Assembly (NCBI GenBank): GCA_965644315.1
Contig: CBFFRQ010000089.1
Location: 372,001 to 436,000 of the forward strand
Source of the DNA: Caecitellus pseudoparvulus
Taxonomy: Eukaryota; Protista; Bigyra: Bicosoecida
DNA: 64,000 nucleotides
Reading direction: 5' to 3'
Positions 42,901-54,058 of the stretch are shown piece by piece. The translations under genes were made by a program, and so were the position numbers. Numbering within the stretch: position 1 is the first letter of the stretch; each line of letters begins with the position of its first letter. The notes beneath the pieces were generated by a model that did not search any database, was not told where the DNA came from, and saw only the letters and a program-made list of their open reading frames with translations.

Positions 42901-43402
42901 CGGCCAGCTGGCTCCATTGGATGCGCCCAGCGGCGGAATCTGCGGCCGCCGCGAGGCTGCCCCCGAAGAAACGATACTGAAACGCCAGCACGAGGACGGT
43001 GTTGCCCAGGTCAGGGCGCGGCTCCTGCAGCAGCAAGTCCAACTCAAAGGAGCCGTCCAACAAGTCAAGGCCATTGACAGCACTCTGCCAGAGGGAGGCA
43101 TTGCGTGCTCCTGGCACGGGCAGCACACAGGACGTCTGGCCCTGTGCGAGGGCAGGCAGAGCGGCCGCGCTGGCGCAGGGGCGTGCCACGAACTCCACCG
43201 ACCGGTGCAGGAAGGTCTGCGCGCTGAGCACGGCCAGTGCCACGCCCAGAAGCAGTGCACAGTACGTGAAGCCCAGCACCAGTTTCGCGTACAGGGGCGA
43301 CAGAGCCTCCAGCAGGATGCGAGGCTGTACCTTGCGGGCTTTGTGGGCGGGGCTGCCGAGGAGGGCTGCAGAGCCCCCCTCGCTACCCCTGCGCCCCAGC
43401 AT
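39938..43402 (-). CDS. Multi-pass membrane protein (Wntless/TMEM181-like TM region) fused to a class-3 lipase domain
   Basis: Multiple TM helices with QNP and LFLLWLLFMDG motifs. Lipase motifs VVAFRGT, VHQGFW, TGHSLGGALA, YTFGSPRVGN, DVITDIP, HSM. Confidence 0.85.
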   Translation of the reverse strand: MLGRRGSEGGSAALLGSPAHKARKVQPRILLEALSPLYAKLVLGFTYCALLLGVALAVLSAQTFLHRSVEFVARPCASAAALPALAQGQTSCVLPVPGARNASLWQSAVNGLDLLDGSFELDLLLQEPRPDLGNTVLVLAFQYRFFGGSLAAAADSAAGRIQWSQLAAGTNQTVHIPCPCMPSTPSNVSAVRETWQDDEKAAEWQAAADALLQAAEPPTPGCPPGNEPACGATSLLSKGQLSAAAAGGYTAYNLSLTFTGVNVTSLSKATTARLRYFTATERVTDLVVRASMMLLTLAFSTYWWWRVAVWELRRIPGQAARSALWRCCCSFRLWVPFRRWVGYLLITVVVWQNPLFIALELLPRQWVPPGWYLAANIVSAVSWAALFLLWLLFMDGLRYIKLAGSLPCAFYAWKAAFAALLTAVAGAQVMLLAPGQWACLPGGQGVCDPPRPVILDADTLESIRAALLGTGALYGVLLGSWFVWFLLVTLRTSRVLRRLPYGPSRMQQLTFRFFMWQQWIVVVFVLGLNVVPLVTFLHRTVQSARLAHHVDSSPDASLATTPAQLLASAIAAVSSGQSPPAEYLVVTAYALAVAAVYLPPPAGAGSGMDGDGEAPGASGSVLQGVGDGGGASALLNGMAWFTASIGSVLGSSSTVQDEHRFSLTTACWLFDFAWAVYFDPPEATAILAAGGASVTPAPETGAVTDSGAGSLLAPPHGFTLHRFVYNAGSDTAAMVLVRGPRVVVAFRGTASKKNVQTDLAFMRSEVVFGEGSTGDSLVSDSAQAAPPPPDAPSDTCSLTCLSRCCARNCRCCACVPGVRQALPLVHQGFWRAYSSVRTQLRGEVLSALAEAGPHASLFFTGHSLGGALAQMAAYDMREFVRTHRRAWAHMARGARSTQALRPPGTYEDPLTGEVRQLPSGRSTASAGGGGAAEGGGSSRRRARQTRLPHLSGEGDGLTPYSGGLCDCGECCGLPCSCCECRCCGDLLDAGDIDDEALVQFEGDFLDITGPQADPAVGILPSAPERSVGDSGVTVYTFGSPRVGNATFARLYDASNDGTFRVEADGDVITDIPKFIMLYKHVGVPVLVDVFGNAIVSPSFIEKRLQAASKTSFVAHSMNTYRRALINARDMIGLPLAPRLVHDASAWKGGDQPAA

Positions 43403-43485
43403 GCCGCGTAGCCGGCAGGGAGCGAGAAAACAGGCGTGCCTTATCAGATGGTCTTGGCGTTGGCATGCATTTTGCGTTGAGACGG

Positions 43486-44918
43486 TCAGTGCTTCTTCTC
43501 AAACAGGTAGTGGATGACGCCCCACTCAGTGCCGTCCTTGTAGTCAAACATCTCAGCACAGGCCTGTGGGGGAGGGGGGCGCGTGGGGTGGGTGTGGGCG
43601 GCGGCGGGTGGCGTGCGCTGTGAAACGCACGAGGTAGAACAGGCGCCAGTTGACGAGGCGCTTGGTGACTTCCGCTTCACTGGCGGGTGCGGAGCCGTAA
43701 GCAGAGGCGAGGATGAGCTTGGCGGCGGCGGTGTTGGAGTCCATCTTGGCCAGCCACTCGTTGCAGGTGCGGCCGTAGTGGCGGCCGTTCATCCACCACC
43801 TGTCCACCACCGTCATGTCCTTCTGGAAGTGCAGGAAGAGGTCCTCGCTGGGCATTTGGCCGTTGGTGAAGAAGTTCTCCGCCATCCACCCCTCGTCGTA
43901 CGTCCAGGGGGTGGTCTTGTGCGCGAAGGTGTGGGTGAAGAACTTGCCGCCGGGCTTGAGCCAGTTCCGCACGCGCGCGAAGATGGCCTCGTAATTCCGC
44001 ACGTGCTCCAGCATCTCAATGGACACGACGCGGTCGAACTTGCCGTGCTCCGCGTCAAACACGTTGGCGTCGGCGGTGATGGCGGTGAGGCGGCCAGCAG
44101 CCCCCATGGCCTCGGCCTGCTGGCGGATGTGGGCACCCTGGCTCTTGGAGTTGGAGACGCAGGTGACTTTGACATTGGGGTAGGTGGCCAGCGCCCACAG
44201 GGTGAAGGAGCCCCAGCCACAGCCCAGGTCCAGGATGGTCTGCCCGTCCTTCAGCTGTGCGCGGGCAGCCACCAAGTCGAAGGCGGCGTCCTCGCTGTCG
44301 TTCAGAGTGTTCACGCCTTCGGGCCAGTAGCCACAGGAGTACTTGCGACGGTGGCCCAGGCACAGCTCGTAGAACTGGGGGGGGATCTCATAGTGCTGCT
44401 CGTTGGCTTCCTCAGTTGCCAGCGCAACAGTGGACTCCCGCAGCTCTGCACGTGCACGTGGCGGCGCGGGGTGGGCAGGGAGCGGGCGTCGAGGCACAGG
44501 CTTCGGCCTGCGGGAATTGCCACCGCTGCAGGCCGCAGGTGCCGGCGCATTGTTCCGGGCTGCCGACGCGCACGCCGCACTCACTGCGCACGTAGTCCAT
44601 CAAATACTCCACATGTTCCTCCATCGTCGGCTTGACGTACTCGTCAAGGGAGCCCCTGTCACGCAGGCGTCGAGGTGCGGCGTGTGCAGCGGGTGCAGGC
44701 GGGTGGCCGCCCCGCACCACGCCAACTCACTGTAGCTGCAGGCGGATGGCCAGGCGGGTGAGGAAATCGGGGAACATGTTGGCCTCCACCAGGGGCATGA
44801 CCATGGGCTGGATGACAGACACCAGCAGGTTGGCAAAGGCGGTGCGGACCCAGCCCGGCACCAGCGCCAAGCTGCCTTCCACCAGCCATGACAGCGCCGC
44901 GCTGATCAATGCAAGCAT
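43486..44918 (-). CDS. SAM-dependent methyltransferase, coclaurine N-methyltransferase/cyclopropane-fatty-acid synthase family, four exons
   Basis: ANEQHYE, KYSCGYW, ILDLGCGWGS, FDRVVSIEMLEHVRNY, WMAENFFTNGQMPS, and last exon EMFDYKDGTEWGVIHYLF. Confidence 0.9.
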
Positions 44919-45319
44919 GGTGATAGGGGTGTGTGTGGCCTAGAGAGCACAAACACACGCTCACATGTACTGTGGCGCGTGGCGGTGCGCAGGGGTTGTG
45001 TTGTAGGAGCGGCGAGTGGGATGTGCGTGGTGGCTTTGGCTGCCCCTTGGCGTGTGTGTCACTGCTGACCAAAGTGACGTCACGGTGGCCCCCTCACGCG
45101 AATTGTGAGGGGGGGTGCGGTCGCCCAACGCCGCAGCCCTCGCGAGCAAATTATGCCACTCGTTGCCACCAGCCGTCCGCAGCAGCGCCCTCCAGCCGCT
45201 GCCAACCGTTCGTGAGCTCGCGTGGCCGTGAGCCGCCAAGCCTGCCGCTGCTCGAGCGCTGTGGCCGCACATCCGCTCTGCGGCTGTGACGTGGTCTTGC
45301 ACTTCCGCCCCTCCTCGTC

Positions 45320-48300
45320 ATGGATTGCATGCGTTGCCCGGTGCGCACCGTGTCACGGGAACTCCGAGGGTATGGTTCCTGGGTAGCACACGGAAATCGA
45401 CCCATTTGGTGCGTGCTCCTGCTTTCTCTTTGCCTCGTTTCCGCCGCGCAAGCGCTACACGGCGGAAATGCGATTTCCGCCGGGCGGAAGTGTCTCCAGC
45501 GCTGGTTTGCGTTGCTTTGTGCGATCCAGTGTCTCTTATGGTATTTCAATGCGATATCTTTTGTTTATTGATAGTATAATCTTGGATTTATACCTTGCAA
45601 CGGATGTTTCAGTCCCATTCGGACGCACGGCAGGCTTGCTCACTCGCGCCGTATTTCCGCCCAATTCCGCAGGACCGCCGCCGTAACGTTCGTCGTCCTC
45701 ATCGCGCTGTCTGTGGGCATGGTGGTGCCCATCACGCCCCCAGAGAACGACACTGAGTACCTCTTCACGCCCCGTGTTGGGGAGGCCAAGGTGTGTGCGC
45801 CTGCAGGCTGGCCGGAGATTCCGAGAAGGTTTCGCTCAATTTCCGCACTTCACCGCCACGTCGCCACCACAGGATGACCGGCGGGAAATGCGGCAGCTCT
45901 TCCCCGCGAACATCTCGCGCTTCCACAACTTCATCGTGCACAAGGCCAACGGTGGATCCCTGTGGAACACTGGCGACCTGCGCCGCGTGCTGTCGGTGCG
46001 TGCACGGCGCAGCATTTCACCTCGTCGGCGCTCGCCCACCTCAGACGCCCCACCCCCACTCGCTCCAGGTCCAAGCCGCCATCGTGAACAGCAGCTCCAC
46101 GACTTCCCGCCCACTGCTGGGCCTGGAGGTGTTCTCAGCGCTGGACTGCCTGCCCCCGCTCACCGGCAACGACTCCTCCGTCCCCTCCATCACCTCCCCC
46201 CTCTGCTTCACGCCTGACTCGGAAGGGCGCTTCGTCGCAGCCACCGTCGCCGTGGTGGGCAGCCGCCCCAACCCCTCCGGCTCACCTGGCCAGACGGACA
46301 CCCTGGTCACTGCAGCTGACGCGGTGAAGGTGGAGTTCTCCACCCTGGCCACTACGAGTGAGCAAGAGGAGCGCAGCGTGGAGTGGGAGGCAGACATGGA
46401 GGACCTCCTGGGGGACCAGGCCCGCCGCCTGGCCTCACACGGCCTGGTCATGCGCCACAACCTGCAGTCGTCCCTGGACCGGGACCTGGAGGCCAGTCAG
46501 GGCAACGACATCATCCTGGTCGTCATCACCTTTGTCCTGCTCACCAACTTCGCCATCGGCATGAACACGTCGCGGGACGGCGTCATCTCACGCACGACGC
46601 TGGCCTTCGCAGGCGTCGCAGCAGCCGGGCTGGCCATCCCCCCCACCTTCGGCCTCATGAACTACCTGGGCGTGCCTAACATCGCCCTCGTGGGCTTCGC
46701 GCCCTTCCTCGTCCTGGCCATCGGAGTGGACGACGTCTTCGTCCTCATCTCCGCGTACAACAAGACCAACCCCAAGAGCAGCGTCGCCGATCGTATGGCC
46801 GACACGCTGGCCGAGGCAGGCGTCGGCATCACCATCACCTCACTCACAGACGCCCTGGCCTTCGGCATCGGCGGTACGTCGCTCTTCCCCTCGGTGCAGA
46901 TCTTCTGCGCATACTCCGGCACCGCACTCCTCGTGGTGTACCTGCTCATCCTCACGCTGTTCGTCCCCGTCATGGTGTGGGACGCTCGTCGCGAGGCCGC
47001 AGGCATCTCCAACCACACCTGCCGCAAGGTGCAGCGTGATGAGAAAGACCAAACCAGCCCCTCAGACAGCACGGCCAGCAGCGCCACTGCGTCTCCCGCC
47101 ACCACTGCCCCTGCCAAGGCCCCTGAGGATGTCGAGGACGGCTTCTCCGACGACAACCCCATGCGCAGTGGCGGGTCCACGCCCGCCCCCAGCAAGGCGC
47201 AGCCAGTGCTGGCAGACCTGTGGGAGCCCCTCTCCGACCTCCTCGTGCCGGCACATGACTACGTGGGCAAGTGGATGGACCGAGCTGCCGCCGCGACGCT
47301 GGGCCCTGCCATCACCTCGCCTCCTGCAGTGATCGCGGTGCTCGTATTGTACGCTGGCCTCATCGCGCTGGGCGTGGTGGGCATCATGAACCTGCCACAA
47401 GGTCTCAAGTTGAAGCAGCTGTCCCCAGACACCTCCCAGCTGGTGCAGTACTGGGACAATGACGCCGCGTACTTCTCCTCCCGGGTGGGCATGCCCATCG
47501 ACATCGTGTACACGGCCGACTTGCAGTACACGGCCCCCGCCACACGGGCCCTCCTCGTCACAGCGGCGGAAGGGCTGGCTGACTTGCCCCTCATCGAAAG
47601 CCGCGACGTGACGTGGGTGGAGGCGTACGAGGCGTTCCTGGGGCCCTCAGCGTCCAGCCAGCCGCAGACTCTGCAGCAACTGCACGGCAACCTGACAACC
47701 TTCCTCACCACGCCCGCTGGCGGCCCCTACCGCACAGACTTTGCCCTGGACAACGCCGCGACGGGGGAGCGTTTTGCAGCAGACGACGTCGCGGGGCCTG
47801 TCGCGGCAGTGGCCTCTGGCGCAGGCATCCGCATCGCTGCCTCGCGCGTCACCATCCGCACGGTGCCCTTTGGCGACGACACGGTGAAGCAGGCAGACAT
47901 CCTCATCACCGTGCGGCGCAAGGTGGCTGACCAGCGCGTGGACCTGGGCCTGGGGTCTTCCTTCGCCTACTCCCCGGCATTTATTTTCTTTGAACAGTTC
48001 GAGAGCATCGTCAGCAGCACTGTGTCCACGCTGGCAACTGCAGTTGCCGCCATGCTGGCCATCGCCGTCGTGCTGCTGCCCGATGCCATGAGCGTGCTGC
48101 TGGTGACGCTGAACGTCCTCACCATCGACCTGGGACTGTTCGCGTCCATGTGGATGTTCGACATCCCCCTCTCCACCATTTCCATGATCAACCTCGTCCT
48201 TGCCATCGGCCTGGCGGTGGATGCCAGCGCCCACGTCGCACACGCTCAGCTGCACGCCAAGGGTTTCGCGCTGGTGGAGAAACGCACCTCTGCACGCCCC

Positions 48301-48711
48301 ATCGCCCTGCCTGCCGGCGTGGACATTGCCAAGGGCGTGGAGGGGTGGTTTGCAGGGGATTCCCGGCGTTTCCGTGCCGTGGAGGCGCTGACGGAGATGG
48401 GGCGGCCCGTGTTCAACGGCGTCGGCAGCACGCTGGTCGCGCTGGTGCCGGTGGCCTTCTCCTCCTCCTACATCTTCCGCACCTTTGCCTCCATGAACGC
48501 CATCACCCTCATCCTGTCCCTCTTGCACGCCCAGTTCATCCTGCCGGTCATGCTGTACTTGGTGGGCCCACCCCGCATCGCCCACGACGCCACCGTTGCC
48601 GACGCCTCCTGCTGCGGGGCTGCCTCTGCAGAGGAGCCTGCGCCCACGACACCGCCGCCCACCTCGGGCCAGCGCCAGGCGAAGAAGCCTGCCTCGCCCA
48701 CCTCCTCCTAG
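45320..48711 (+). CDS. Patched/NPC1-family sterol-sensing-domain (RND-type) membrane protein; introns about 45409-45672, 45791-45872, 45996-46068
   Basis: PFLVLAIGVDDVFV, AGVGITITSLTDALAFGIG, FEQF, SMINLVLAIGLAVDASAHV, YIFRTF. Upstream exons give N-terminal YGSWVA..TM..EYLFTP. Confidence 0.9.
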
Positions 48712-49157
48712 ACCCTCGCCACACCCTGTGTGCGTCGGCGTGTCATGCCTGGCCATCCCAGGCAAATGCATGTTGCAAGCCAAGGCGAGCGGCAGTGCTG
48801 GGGAGCATGGCGCAGACTCCATGACAGTGCCATCAACCGCTCACGGCTCTGCGCCTGTGGGCTGCCTTGCGCCGCCCTTTCCCGCTGTGAGGGAGTGAAG
48901 CGGCCTTCCATACGCCACCTTCCACAGCAGCCGTGCATTCCTTCCACACGCAGCAAAACAAAAACACACAAATCGCACCCAACCACGGCACCCTGCAAAG
49001 ATAACACAGGATGCTGTCACACCAAGCTTCCCCGTTTCTTTTCAGTGGCGCAGCGGCAGGCGGCAGCCACTTGTCTCCGGCCTTCGACAAGGCAGCGTTT
49101 CATGCTCCACACGCCACCTTGGAAAACCCACCCCCAGCCTTCCCCTTCCAGCCCCAC

Positions 49158-50753
49158 ATGGCCCATGCCTCGTCGGCGACGAGGCTGGGCGGATACAAGC
49201 GCCGGGCTGACGAGCTGCAGATGGGCGATGTGCACGTGAGCGGCACGGAGAGCCGGCCGAAAAACATGCGCGTTTCATCGTGGTGCGGAGACAGCTCCCC
49301 TGTGCCCTCCCCCTTCGAGGGCTTCGGGTCCTCCATGCACAGTGCAGTGCCAAGCGAAAGCACAGGCTCCTCCACTCGTCTTGGTGGCTTCAAGCGCCAG
49401 CGTGATGCCTCTGACAGCCCTCACCTGTTCCTTGGCTCTCCTTCTGGAAGCCCCGATGCCGCTGCAGCAGCTGCCGAGGGCGGCCCAGGGCAAGCCACGC
49501 CACAGGGGGGGCACGGCATGGCGCCACTGCACTTGGCCAAGCGCCGGGCCAGCTTGCTGCCTCCACCCCCGCCTTCTGCCGAAGCAGGCGCCATCGTGCC
49601 TTCCCGCCGCGGCCTCACCGCCGACCGCCGCACCTCCTCCCACGGCGGGCGGGTGGTGCTGTGGCTGGACACACACGGGCGTGTGTCTGCCGTGGTGCCT
49701 GCGGCGGGGCACACGTCAGGCACCTTCAAAGGCAAGCTGCACCCCATCCTCCGCATCCCCGCCCTGGACCTCTCCTCCACCCTGGCCCTGGACCTGCCCA
49801 CCCTCCTGGAGCGCCAGCAGCTGGTGCCCCGCCACACCGCCTCCACCTTCCTCAGACGAGCCGCGCAGTGGCTGGCTGACCGCTTCGTGTGGAACGTGCC
49901 GGAGATGTACGACCCCGTACAGCCGGAGGACTGGCGGGGCGGCGGCGGCCTGGGCCTGGGCGCTGGGCCCCGCATTGAGATTCTGGAGGAGGACCCCCGC
50001 CCCCAGCAGCGAGGCGTGGGGGGCCTCTTCACAGAGGGCGAGGGGGAGGAGGGCAGCGCCGGGTCTGAGGAGGGCGACGCCTTCCTGCCCGACGTCGAGC
50101 TGCGCCCCGCCACGCCGCAATCCCCCGTGTTCCTGGCGTCACACCAAGCACCCGCGCCAGCTGCCGACTGCGTGGCGCAGTTCACAGGCCTGCAGTTCAC
50201 CCAGCCACGCCGGGCAGCAGCCCCTGTGCCCGTGGCTGTCGCGCCGCGGTCGGGCACGCCGTACCCCGGCGACGACGATGACGTGGTGCTGGGCGTGGAG
50301 GTGAACTCGGCCGACCTGCCCACACTCGCCAACCACCTGGCGCAGCAGTTCAACCTGGCGCGCACAGCAGCCCCCACAGCGCCGGCAACCCACACAGCGC
50401 ATTCCGTGGCGGGGCAGAGGGGTCTCTTCGCAGCGCGGGACAGGGGCACTGTCGCCCCAGGCCGGCTGGGGCCCGGCACGCCCCCCTCGGGGCACTTTGC
50501 TGCGGCGCATGCCCCCCCCCACACAGGGCCCGGCATCCCCGCTTCGTTCACCAACACAGGCGGCGTGCAGTCAGGCGCGGTGCTGCTGCCCACCCCGACC
50601 GCACACCCCTCTGGCGTTGCCTCTGCGCCTCTAGCAGCACAGCCGCTGCAGGCAGGCGCGTTTAATGTGAGCGGTGTGTCCCAGCTGCCAGGCGCCACGG
50701 CCGCTGCCCCCACTCCGGGCCTGGTCGTGGACGACGATGAGGATGACCTGTAG
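49158..50753 (+). CDS. Hypothetical low-complexity protein; start uncertain
   Basis: Long ORF with host codon bias and a duplicated TRLGG(Y/F)KR motif; no recognised domain. Confidence 0.55.
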   Translation: MAHASSATRLGGYKRRADELQMGDVHVSGTESRPKNMRVSSWCGDSSPVPSPFEGFGSSMHSAVPSESTGSSTRLGGFKRQRDASDSPHLFLGSPSGSPDAAAAAAEGGPGQATPQGGHGMAPLHLAKRRASLLPPPPPSAEAGAIVPSRRGLTADRRTSSHGGRVVLWLDTHGRVSAVVPAAGHTSGTFKGKLHPILRIPALDLSSTLALDLPTLLERQQLVPRHTASTFLRRAAQWLADRFVWNVPEMYDPVQPEDWRGGGGLGLGAGPRIEILEEDPRPQQRGVGGLFTEGEGEEGSAGSEEGDAFLPDVELRPATPQSPVFLASHQAPAPAADCVAQFTGLQFTQPRRAAAPVPVAVAPRSGTPYPGDDDDVVLGVEVNSADLPTLANHLAQQFNLARTAAPTAPATHTAHSVAGQRGLFAARDRGTVAPGRLGPGTPPSGHFAAAHAPPHTGPGIPASFTNTGGVQSGAVLLPTPTAHPSGVASAPLAAQPLQAGAFNVSGVSQLPGATAAAPTPGLVVDDDEDDL

Positions 50754-50803
50754 ACTGCTTCTCAATGTATTCATGCTCAGATGCCGCTGGCCTGCCGAAC
50801 ACC

Positions 50804-52354
50804 TCACCGCCGGCGCCTGGAGCTGGGCGTGTACCCGGCATCATACGCAGCACGCTTCTTCGGATCGCGCAGCGTCTTGTACGCCTGCAGGATGGCCTGT
50901 GTGCGGGCAGAGGCGGCGGCCAAGTCCATGCCCGTGTTGAGGTTGTGGTCGGGGTGGTACAGCATCATCTCCCGGCGAAAGGCCTTCTGCACCTCGGCAG
51001 TGCTCGCAGCGGGTCCCAAATCCAGCCCCAGCACTGCGTAGTAGTCCGTCACGTCCACGGGGGGCGGCTTGCGGGTCGCCTTGGCTTTCGCCGCCGCTGC
51101 TTCCGCTGCCGCCTGCGCTTGGGCGCGTTTCCGCTGCTGTGCACGCTCCGCTGCCGCAGCCGCCTCCCGTGCTGCACGGTCAGCTTTTGCTTTCGCATCT
51201 GCCTGTGCTTTGGCCTGTGCCTTGGCCTGTGCCTTGGCCCGCGCAGCACTGTCAGCGTGGTGGTCGCTGCGCGAGGTGGCGTTGTCGCGACGGGCGCGAC
51301 CTGCCGACCGGAACACCCACTCGTCGGACATGGCCGCTTGCATGGCACGCTCAGTGGCGCGCTCCTCCACCCACTCCTGCATGCTGGTCTGCTTGCGGTG
51401 CAAGGCGCGCCCGATGAAGGTGGCCTGGTACACTGCGAACGACAGCAAACCCGCCGCCATGACGGGCGGCAGCAGCAGCAGGCGCAGGGCCGTGGCGGCG
51501 ATGACGAGGGCAGGCTTCAGCATGCCCGGCGCCATGATGGTCGCAGCGACGCCAGAGGTGGGCACTGCCCAGTGGATGTTCTTGATGCGCCGCACGGCGG
51601 CGGCGACACTGGGCCCGAACAGGGAGGCGGTGTCCTGCAGGCCAAACGCTTGCCCCGTCACGCCGTTTATGAAGACGCGGTACTCCACGCCCCAGTGCGA
51701 GTACTGCACCACGTGCACGGGCATGAGGACCCGTCGAGAGGTGATGTCGTGCAGGGTGGTGTGGATGGGGGCACCGGGGTGCACTGGGCCCAGCACCTCC
51801 GCTTCATGGGCTGACACCGCCGCACGCACGCGGGCCAGGGCGGTGGCCTCGAACACCTCCCAAGAGTCAATGTCCACCTGGGCAGGCACTGTGGACTTCA
51901 AGGGGTCTCCCAGCACCGGCGCCTGGCCGATGTCCAGCAGGTCTGCGGAAAACGGCACCGCGTCAGCGAGGTCGTTCTTGGCCACTTCCAGCATGCTGCG
52001 GCGAAAGGTGTGCCCAGCGTACACCTGCATGTCTGCCGTGTGCGTCTCGCGGTAGTACGTCCGCCCCGCCACGGCCACCTGCACGGAGCAGTCGAATGCC
52101 CAGAAAGGCAGGTACCAGGAGCTGGCGCTGGTGGGTGTGGGTGTGAACAGCAGCGGTGTGTGGTTGCGCACCCAGGCCTTGAAAGCCGCCTCTCGCTCCT
52201 CTGCGGAGACACGGAAGGGAAGTGCCTCCATTCCGCCCTGTGACGCGAAGTGTGCGCTGCGGAAAGCGGCACTTTGCCGTGCCGCCACACCGAGCCAGCG
52301 CCACGGCCGGCGGGCCACACTCGGCAGCCACCCCAAAGTGCTTCGCGCCAGCAT
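50804..52354 (-). CDS. C-terminal J-domain (DnaJ) protein with central TM segments and a probable mitochondrial presequence
   Basis: DYYAVLGL..EVQKAFRREMMLYHPD..ILQAYKTLRDPKKRAAYD; Arg-rich, acid-poor N-terminus. Confidence 0.85.
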   Translation of the reverse strand: MLARSTLGWLPSVARRPWRWLGVAARQSAAFRSAHFASQGGMEALPFRVSAEEREAAFKAWVRNHTPLLFTPTPTSASSWYLPFWAFDCSVQVAVAGRTYYRETHTADMQVYAGHTFRRSMLEVAKNDLADAVPFSADLLDIGQAPVLGDPLKSTVPAQVDIDSWEVFEATALARVRAAVSAHEAEVLGPVHPGAPIHTTLHDITSRRVLMPVHVVQYSHWGVEYRVFINGVTGQAFGLQDTASLFGPSVAAAVRRIKNIHWAVPTSGVAATIMAPGMLKPALVIAATALRLLLLPPVMAAGLLSFAVYQATFIGRALHRKQTSMQEWVEERATERAMQAAMSDEWVFRSAGRARRDNATSRSDHHADSAARAKAQAKAQAKAQADAKAKADRAAREAAAAAERAQQRKRAQAQAAAEAAAAKAKATRKPPPVDVTDYYAVLGLDLGPAASTAEVQKAFRREMMLYHPDHNLNTGMDLAAASARTQAILQAYKTLRDPKKRAAYDAGYTPSSRRRR

Positions 52355-53037
52355 CTCTGGCAGTGAACGGGGCAAGAGTGGGTGTGCTATGCTGTTTCAA
52401 GCTCGGCTCATGCGCTCCGCTTGAGGCAGGCTCGCTGCAGCAGGGTTGCGTCGCAGGGAGTGTTTCGCGGGCGTTTCGCACGAGCAACACGCCTTGCTGC
52501 TCCCGGGCTTCGGGCGTGAATGGGAAGAAAAGGAAAGGCGCAAAGTGATCAGACTACGGCTCCCACGTCTGGAGGGTATTTTTTGGTGTGTCAAGGTTTG
52601 TGCTTGTCTCGCCATGTGCGTGCGGGACGATGGCATCTGAGGCAAGTCACTCGCCAACCACGCCGGCAGGGTGCCCGGGCCATTTCAGATCCGCGCAGCA
52701 CATTTTTCCAACGCCATTCAATTCATCACGAGTGTTTCAAATCCCGTCAAGCATCCAGACCCCTCTCAAGGTCCGTGCATGGCCCTGCACTGCTGGGGTT
52801 CTGTGGGAGGCAGGGCGATTTCCGCAGCGCTCCCGAGCCGCATCCGCAGCCCGCCCGCACCGTTCCCCTTGTCCGCTGTGCTGACCACAGGCCGATTTCT
52901 GGATTTGATTTGCACATTTCAGTGTGAATCGCCTCCTTTCCACGCACGTTTCCTGGTGAGTGCTCGCTGGTGCGCATGGATTGCCGCCTTTCCTTCGGCG
53001 GGGTGAACCACGTGTGCCGCTGCGCCTTTCCACAGCC

Positions 53038-53705
53038 ATGGCTACTGTTGCTGAGGGGCTTGCGCCCGAGTACGGCTGGGTGGCGCTGAGTCTCGTGGGC
53101 ATCGGTGCCCAGGTGGTGCTCACAGGCATCCCCGTGGGCGGCGCCCGCCGCAAGGTGTTTGGCAAGGGTGCTCCCATTCGCGAGACTTCGGAGTTCAAGG
53201 CGCTGCAGGACGAGCACAAGAAGGCCTACAACGGCCAGATCTCCGACAACGGCTATCCTGACATGGGCGACGGCCGATTTGGCGCCCTCCTCTCCTACAA
53301 GGGTGCGTGTGTCGGCGTAGCTGTCCGCGCAAGCGTGCCTGACGTGGTCACAGGTGTCGTGCCGCGTCACACCAACGCACCACGCACACATTGCTGCCCT
53401 GCACAGAGTGGCACGACTTTGCCTGCGCCCAGCGCGCGCACCAGAACTACGTCGAGGGTGCCGCTACCATCATCATCATTCTCTCCGTCCTCTCCCTGTG
53501 GGCACCCCTGCTGGCTGCAGTGTGCGGCGGCGTTTACATGGTGGGCCGCCAGCTGTACGGCATGGGGTACCGCTCCACAGCTGGTAGCGGCGGGCGCCTG
53601 GTTGGCGCCATCATCCTGGACATCGCCTTGGTCGTTGCGTTCTTTGCGGCACTCTGGTTTGCCGTAAAGCACACGGGCGCCCTGGACGGCCTGCTTGGGC
53701 AGTAA
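53038..53705 (+). CDS. MAPEG family protein (microsomal glutathione S-transferase 3-like); intron 53303-53406
   Basis: EYGWVAL, VGGARRK, GYPDMGDG, FACAQRAHQNYVE, GRQLYGMGY. Confidence 0.9.
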
Positions 53706-54058
53706 CGCGGCGTGCGCCTTGGTGCCCCGCGCCCAGCCGCGCCCGCACTCCAGCTGGGGTGAAGCGTGGCTGCTGCAGATACACAATGCATGCACCTTCG
53801 TGTCGCCGTGGCGTGAGGGCTGGGCGCAAGGGAGCTGTGTCCCCAAATCCGAAACGCTGGACAGCGATGGCGAAGGGCGCGATAGAATGGCAGGGCTGAT
53901 CCATCAACACACACAACTAACGTCTAGGAAGCGGCTAAAGCCCTGCACAGACCATTTGGTGCCAGGGAATCCCGTCCTGGCGCTGCCACAGGCCACAGCA
54001 AAAGAACTTGGACCAGCGCACGCCAGCACCTGACAGGCGCCACTGACACCTGCTCGGC

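Noticed and set aside
37646-48711. Functional lipid/sterol gene cluster (VAC14, lipase, methyltransferase, Patched-like)
   Set aside because: No shared pathway can be supported; adjacency in a gene-dense genome is a sufficient explanation.
52684-52730. Possible box C/D snoRNA on the minus strand (GTGATGA...CTGA)
   Set aside because: Only about 45 nt from C to D box, no terminal stem, no rRNA complementarity that I can recognise, and it lies in a probable promoter region.
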